Both the position numbers and the translations under genes were made by a program. 35,623 nucleotides of DNA from positions 1 through 35,623 of the forward strand of contig JAGDMX010000001.1 of the NCBI GenBank assembly GCA_017860725.1, in the 5' to 3' direction. Positions 33,340-35,623 of the stretch are shown in pieces. Each line of letters opens with the position of its first letter. Position 1 is the first letter of the stretch. The DNA is from Chloroflexota bacterium (GTDB lineage: Bacteria; Chloroflexota; Anaerolineae; Anaerolineales; UBA4823). The notes under the pieces are model-generated. The model ran no database searches and was not told the origin of the DNA. It worked only from the letters and a program-made list of their open reading frames with translations.

Positions 33340-34068
33340 TTAGCGGTTGAGCACAATCGTTAGCGAATAGCGGTCTCCTCGGTTGTAACAGTAGGTGAAC
33401 TCAACCGGAGTTCCATTATCTAGGTACACGGTACGCTCTTTATAGAGAATGGGTAATCCCTCATCCATCTCAAGTAGCCTGGCTATCTCTTCGTCGGCCT
33501 CGCGCGCTTCCAGCCGTTGGACAGCGCGTTTCACGCGGAAGCCATAAGAGTCTAAAATATCCCATAGATGATGAGACTCCAGGTCTTCTTGGAGTAATTG
33601 GGGAAACAACTTATATGGGACATAGGTGTCGTGAACGGTGATTGGGAGATTTGTGATAAAGCGTAGCGTTTTTACGTGTACCACCAAATCTCCTTCTTCG
33701 AGGGACAAGGATTGGGCAACCTTTAGTTTTGCAGGGAGAATGTCTGCAATCAAAACCCGAATACTGAGATCAATACCCTCCTCTTTAGCGGTTTCAACAA
33801 AGCTGGTCAGTCGTGAATGATCACGCTCGAAATGAGGCTGGGCTACGAATGTCCCTACACCATGCCGGCGGTAAAGCAATCCCTCGTCGATTAAATCAGA
33901 GATTCCCTGGCGCACGGTCATCCGGCTGACGCCAAATTTAGCTGCCAGCTCATCTTCGGATGGGATCTTTTGTCCGGGCGCGAGTACTTTTTTGGTGATG
34001 TCATCACGCAGCGATTTTCGAATTTGGGTGTAGAGGGGTATACCTTCGGATTTTTTTAGAACTGACAT
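33340..34068 (-). CDS. GntR-family transcriptional regulator, HutC subfamily (wHTH plus UTRA domain)
   Basis: IPLYTQIRKSLRDDI...GQKIPSEDELAAKFGVSRMTVRQGISDLIDEGLLYRRHGVGTFV is followed by a roughly 150-aa UTRA-like effector domain. Confidence 0.9.
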   Translation of the reverse strand: MSVLKKSEGIPLYTQIRKSLRDDITKKVLAPGQKIPSEDELAAKFGVSRMTVRQGISDLIDEGLLYRRHGVGTFVAQPHFERDHSRLTSFVETAKEEGIDLSIRVLIADILPAKLKVAQSLSLEEGDLVVHVKTLRFITNLPITVHDTYVPYKLFPQLLQEDLESHHLWDILDSYGFRVKRAVQRLEAREADEEIARLLEMDEGLPILYKERTVYLDNGTPVEFTYCYNRGDRYSLTIVLNR

Positions 34069-34131
34069 AAAGCACTGGCCTTATCAGTATGCTCCGAATA
34101 TAAAGATTTCGAGACTTTGCTTAAATTCGCT

Positions 34132-34161
34132 GTATAGACGATTAATCGACGGTGTGTAGAC
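34132..34161. promoter_or_regulatory. Two candidate HutC-type operator half-sites (GTnTAnAC)
   Basis: GTATAGAC (34132-34139) and GTGTAGAC (34154-34161) lie in the divergent gntR/transaldolase intergenic region. Both fit the GT-N-TA-N-AC pattern reported for HutC-subfamily regulators. Confidence 0.35.
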
Positions 34162-34234
34162 CTCTTAATCCTAATTTATTTTTTGTGTTATGTCAAGAAA
34201 TCCGCGACTATTCATCTAATTCTTGCGTGGATAC

Positions 34235-34282
34235 TTGACTCAGTTTTGATTTAACGCTATTATGATGTATACACGTCTATAA
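34235..34282 (+). promoter_or_regulatory. Sigma-70-like promoter for the transaldolase gene, with overlapping operator-like sites
   Basis: TTGACT (34235-34240), a 17-nt spacer, then TATTAT (34258-34263). GTATACAC (34267-34274) and GTCTATAA (34275-34282) sit at the predicted transcription start. Confidence 0.45.
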
Positions 34283-34321
34283 AGCTAACATCTAGATGCC
34301 AAGTCTGTTTCTGCCTGATAG

Positions 34322-35599
34322 ATGTCAGAGGCTTTCTCATTCAGAAACTATTCGAAAGGAAGCGTAGCGATGTTCTCCCAGAGTATAACTAATGAAGAAA
34401 CCATTCTCGACCGCTTGATGCAAACCGCGCCATCTCTCGAAATTTGGTGGGATTCCTCGCCGCTCGTCTATCGCACTTGGGCCAAAGGACTGATCGCTAG
34501 TTTTCCTGAGGAAAACAGGGAAGGATTAGCGAGGCAATTGCAGCGCCTCTACGATCCCGAAAATCCGGCAGCCACACGCTTTACTGGGGTTACCACGAAT
34601 CCGCCCCTCTCATACCAGGCCATCCAGGATGACCCGGCACGCTGGACCGCTTGGGTAGCCAATTACGCCTCACAGCATCCTGACCAGGACTCCTCACAGG
34701 TGGGTTGGGCACTTTACAAGGAAATCGTGCGCCTGGGAGCGCTGATGTACATGCCGGTATATCAACGCACCGACTATTGCTATGGGCAGCTGTCTGGGCA
34801 AGTGAATCCCTACAGCTTCTTTGATACCGACACTATGGTAAAACAGGCGTTGGAGTTGAGATCGCTGAGTGAGAATATCGCCATTAAGATCCCTGGTAGT
34901 TGTGAAGGCGTAGAGGCTATTCGCAGGCTAACTGCGTTGGGGGTGCCGACCAACTGCACCTCTGGTTACACGGTCTCCCAGTTTATTGCTGTCGCCGAGG
35001 CCGTCCATGCCGGTTTGATCGAAGCTCGCCAGAACGGTGTTGACCTTACGGGCTGGAGGTCGGTGATTACATTCATGAGCGCCCGCTGGGAAGGGGCGGC
35101 AGAGTTCGGTGAGCAAGCGAAACAGGCGGGCTTTGACCTCACCGTAGAAGACCAACGCTGGGCTGGTTTAGCGGTTTTTAAGAATGCCTACCGCATTTTC
35201 CGCCAACGGGCTTACCCAAGCAAATTACTCATCTGCTCGCTGCGACCTGGCCCGGTGGTGAACGGTGAATTGCGCTGCTGGCATGTGGAGGAAGTTGCTG
35301 GTGGGCGGATCATCTTTACGCTGCCGCCGCCATTCCTGAACGATATGTTTTTGAAGCTCTCCCACCTGCGTTTTGAGCCGCGTATCCGCCACGATATTCC
35401 GGCAGATGTCATGACCCGCCTGCGCAAGATACCCTATTTCATAGACGGTTATGAACCCGACGCTTTGACAAAACCGGAATTCAACCAGCTCCCCGCCTTG
35501 CTGAGCACCAAGAAAGAATTCAGCAACGCCATGGATAAGATTGTCGCCTTCGCGGCTCAGGCTATGCCGGTTGCTCAACCCGAGGCACGACCGGTTTAA
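34322..35599 (+). CDS. Transaldolase-family protein (long form, ~410-425 aa)
   Basis: WWDSSPLVY, GVTTNPPL and the Schiff-base Lys context IAIKIPGSCEGVEAIRRLTALGVPTNCTSGYT. An alternative and possibly better start is the ATG at 34370 (MFSQS), which is preceded by AGGAAG. Confidence 0.85.
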   Translation: MSEAFSFRNYSKGSVAMFSQSITNEETILDRLMQTAPSLEIWWDSSPLVYRTWAKGLIASFPEENREGLARQLQRLYDPENPAATRFTGVTTNPPLSYQAIQDDPARWTAWVANYASQHPDQDSSQVGWALYKEIVRLGALMYMPVYQRTDYCYGQLSGQVNPYSFFDTDTMVKQALELRSLSENIAIKIPGSCEGVEAIRRLTALGVPTNCTSGYTVSQFIAVAEAVHAGLIEARQNGVDLTGWRSVITFMSARWEGAAEFGEQAKQAGFDLTVEDQRWAGLAVFKNAYRIFRQRAYPSKLLICSLRPGPVVNGELRCWHVEEVAGGRIIFTLPPPFLNDMFLKLSHLRFEPRIRHDIPADVMTRLRKIPYFIDGYEPDALTKPEFNQLPALLSTKKEFSNAMDKIVAFAAQAMPVAQPEARPV

Positions 35600-35623
35600 T
35601 TCTGTTGCGCTTATCTGGTTAAA

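Noticed and set aside
1-35623. I searched for tRNA, rRNA and tmRNA genes, transposase, integrase and phage genes, toxin-antitoxin pairs and recognisable anti-phage defence genes.
   Set aside because: None were recognised in any frame or intergenic region. The STAND ATPase here carries a cyclase and TPR repeats typical of signalling proteins, not a nuclease or other defence effector.

Overview
This is a gene-dense bacterial chromosomal segment with about 33 protein-coding genes. I found no rRNA, tRNA, CRISPR array, transposase, integrase or phage genes. Several proteins suggest a Chloroflexota-like organism, though this is low-confidence inference: an RRM RNA-binding protein with an RGG tail, DUF5666-like envelope proteins, a STAND-type cyclase and a [FY]LPxVxR motif.

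Left to right the window holds:
- a class III cyclase / NB-ARC ATPase / TPR signalling protein
- a deletion remnant of a Kef-type antiporter
- a CE7 acetyl-xylan esterase, plus DUF1269, DinB/ClbS-like and M28 peptidase genes
- an RRM RNA-binding protein
- a minus-strand run of xth, an HExxH protein and a SAM methyltransferase
- a remnant of the ornithine carbamoyltransferase C-terminus
- a ZIP transporter and chrA
- a 1197-aa secreted beta-helix protein
- a tightly packed four-gene envelope polysaccharide operon: GH5-CBM3 glucanase, processive GT2 synthase, GT-C/LysM fusion and a tail-anchored pseudokinase
- a canonical Ser/Thr kinase co-operonic with two tandemly duplicated DUF5666-like genes
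- DUF1697 and DUF4287/DUF5655 genes
- a HutC/GntR-controlled ketose/triose cluster: class II aldolase, HAD phosphatase, dhaL, dhaK and a divergent long transaldolase

The best candidates for something undescribed are:
1. The GH5 / GT2 / GT-C-LysM / pseudokinase operon (18129-24775).
2. A roughly 65-105 nt palindromic element present twice, each time just downstream of an extended -10 promoter and in the same orientation relative to the downstream gene (the rbp gene and the 1197-aa gene).
3. The kinase-linked tandem paralogs with oppositely charged tails.
4. The split DhaL/DhaK module with no DhaM in its operon.

All functional calls come from reading motifs by eye. No database search was run.
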